NCBI GenBank assembly: GCA_002691145.1
Contig: NZHE01000026.1
Coordinates: forward strand, 15,678 to 79,677
Direction of reading: 5' to 3'
DNA from: Rickettsiales bacterium
GTDB taxonomy: Bacteria; Pseudomonadota; Alphaproteobacteria; Methylaequorales; Methylaequoraceae
DNA: 64,000 nucleotides
Part shown: positions 62,609 through 64,000 of the stretch, one piece after another
How positions within the stretch are numbered: position 1 is the stretch's first letter
Layout of the letters: every line of letters begins with the position of its first letter
Program-made: the position numbers and the translations under genes
The notes under the pieces: generated by a model
Seen by the model: the letters and a program-made list of their open reading frames with translations, nothing else
Database searches by the model: none
Told to the model about the DNA's origin: nothing

Positions 62609-63266
62609 CTTGTATACCACGATTTTTAAATTCCTGAAGTAATTTGGCATTTGCATTAAATAAATGCCTAAAAGAAACAGTGCCGTCAATTTTAACACCA
62701 ACCATACACTCACCAATAACTGAAGATTTATTTTTAAAAATAGTGTATATCTTACCTCCCTCTTTCACTTGTTCTAAAACTTTATTCGATATTTTCTCCA
62801 CAGAACCTTCGATGATAACTGAATCGTATGGTGAATTTTTTTTTAGACCATCTGAAAGTTTTCCATAGTTAACAGAGCAATTATGACAAGCTATTTCGCT
62901 TAATGTTTTATTTGCTTGATTTACTAATTCATTGTTACTTTCAAGACCAAAAACATATCCGGCTAATTTAGAAATTATAGCTACAGAATAACCGGTTAAA
63001 CAACCAACTACCAAAATAGATTGATTTGCATTAAAATTACAAAATTCAAACAACTTGGCTAATAAAAAAGTTTTAATCATGCTTCTAGTTTCCGAAAAGG
63101 GAATCTCAGAATCGCTATAAACAATAGAAAGTTGTGATTTTGGTATAAATAATTCTTTTTGAACTGTTAAGAATGCTTCTATTAGAAATTCATTTTTAAC
63201 GTTATTAGTAATAATTTGGTTATGAACCATATTTTCTCTGGAAAGAGTGAAAAATTTATCGTACAT
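62592..63266 (-). CDS. Protein-L-isoaspartate O-methyltransferase family paralog
   Basis: RENMVHNQI, LVVGCLTGYS and PYDSVIIEG motifs. Confidence 0.88.
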   Translation of the reverse strand: MYDKFFTLSRENMVHNQIITNNVKNEFLIEAFLTVQKELFIPKSQLSIVYSDSEIPFSETRSMIKTFLLAKLFEFCNFNANQSILVVGCLTGYSVAIISKLAGYVFGLESNNELVNQANKTLSEIACHNCSVNYGKLSDGLKKNSPYDSVIIEGSVEKISNKVLEQVKEGGKIYTIFKNKSSVIGECMVGVKIDGTVSFRHLFNANAKLLQEFKNRGIQDEFKN

Positions 63267-63350
63267 ATTAAACTTAAAAATTAAAATTTTACTATATTGT
63301 TATATTTATTTTTTACAATACAAGGTTTATTAATCTTTTGTATCAATAAT

Positions 63351-63424
63351 GGTGCGGTGGCGGAGAGGCTACGCTGCGGCCTGCAAAGCCGTCTACACCG
63401 GTTCGAATCCGGTCCGCACCTCCA
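63351..63424 (+). tRNA. tRNA-Cys(GCA)
   Basis: GGTGCGG...GCGGC-CTGCAAA-GCCGT...GGTTCGAATCC...CCGCACC-TCCA; 74 nt. Confidence 0.96.
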
Positions 63425-63476
63425 AAATATTAAATGTTTTTACAAATTAAAATTTTGATTTAATATAATTAAATTT

Positions 63477-63552
63477 TCCGGCGTAGCTCAGTTGGTAGAG
63501 CAAGCGACTGTTAATCGCTGGGTCACAGGTTCGAGTCCTGTCGCCGGAGCCA
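63477..63552 (+). tRNA. tRNA-Asn(GUU)
   Basis: TCCGGCG-TAGCTCAGTTGGTAGAGC...AGCGA-CTGTTAA-TCGCT...GGTTCGAGTCC...CGCCGGA-GCCA; 76 nt. Confidence 0.97.
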
Positions 63553-63573
63553 ATTAAAATGTAAAAATTAATT

Positions 63574-64000
63574 ATGAAAAGATTACTAATTACAGGAGGA
63601 GCAGGTTTCATAGCTCATCATACTATAAGACACTTTCTAGAGAACACTGATTGGGAAATTGTATCCCTAGATAGACTTGATTATTCAGGAAATTTAAATA
63701 GGATTCATGACATGATGAACGAGGTGAAAACTAATAAAAAAAATAGACTGAAAATTGTTTATCATGATCTAAGAGCAGAAGTTAATCAAATGATTACAGC
63801 AGATTTAGGTCAATTTGATTACATTATTCACATGGCAGCATCTTCTCATGTTGATAGATCAATAGAAGATCCGATGTGCTTTGTATTGGATAATGTAGTC
63901 GCAACTTGTAACATCTTAAACTTTGCTAGAAATCAGGATAATTTAGAAAGATTTGTTTATTTCAGCACTGATGAAGTATTCGGCCCAGCTCCTGATGGAA
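63574..64000 (+). CDS. dTDP-glucose 4,6-dehydratase-like NAD-dependent epimerase/dehydratase (partial)
   Basis: Manual translation MKRLLITGGAGFIAHH...DRLDYSGNL...HMAASSHVDRSI...FSTDEVFG; runs off the window. Confidence 0.92.
   Translation, partial: MKRLLITGGAGFIAHHTIRHFLENTDWEIVSLDRLDYSGNLNRIHDMMNEVKTNKKNRLKIVYHDLRAEVNQMITADLGQFDYIIHMAASSHVDRSIEDPMCFVLDNVVATCNILNFARNQDNLERFVYFSTDEVFGPAPDG

Overview
Very AT-rich chromosomal segment of a streamlined alphaproteobacterium, probably marine. The lineage is inferred from the conserved gene order xth/erpA-dgt-argS-SPOR-nagZ-scpAB-tatABC-serS-pcm-nlpD, yajC-secD-secF, ssb/uvrA and gyrA-coaD. The right ~39 kb is housekeeping DNA with three tRNAs and ends in the start of a nucleotide-sugar dehydratase. 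The left ~25 kb is enriched in metal-homeostasis genes: a COG0523 GTPase, DUF1826, a ZnuD-like TonB-dependent receptor, zur, a ZrgBCD-like ABC/DUF3299 module and a putative Mn transporter, with recognisable Zur boxes, two of them in an exact 25-bp tandem duplication. The best candidate for an undescribed system is 8630-12907, a divergent locus with no merA or merR. One arm encodes a CxxCxC/PPP leader protein whose Pro codons can base-pair with the next Shine-Dalgarno, then an outer-membrane barrel, a periplasmic HMA protein and a MerT-like permease. The other arm encodes a Zur-boxed TonB receptor and a second MerT-like protein. The ORF track misses a stand-alone pqqA and a 29-aa membrane microprotein. 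Five genes, including serS and tatC, are frameshifted at homopolymer runs, most likely from sequencing error. All family assignments come from motif recognition by eye, not database searches.
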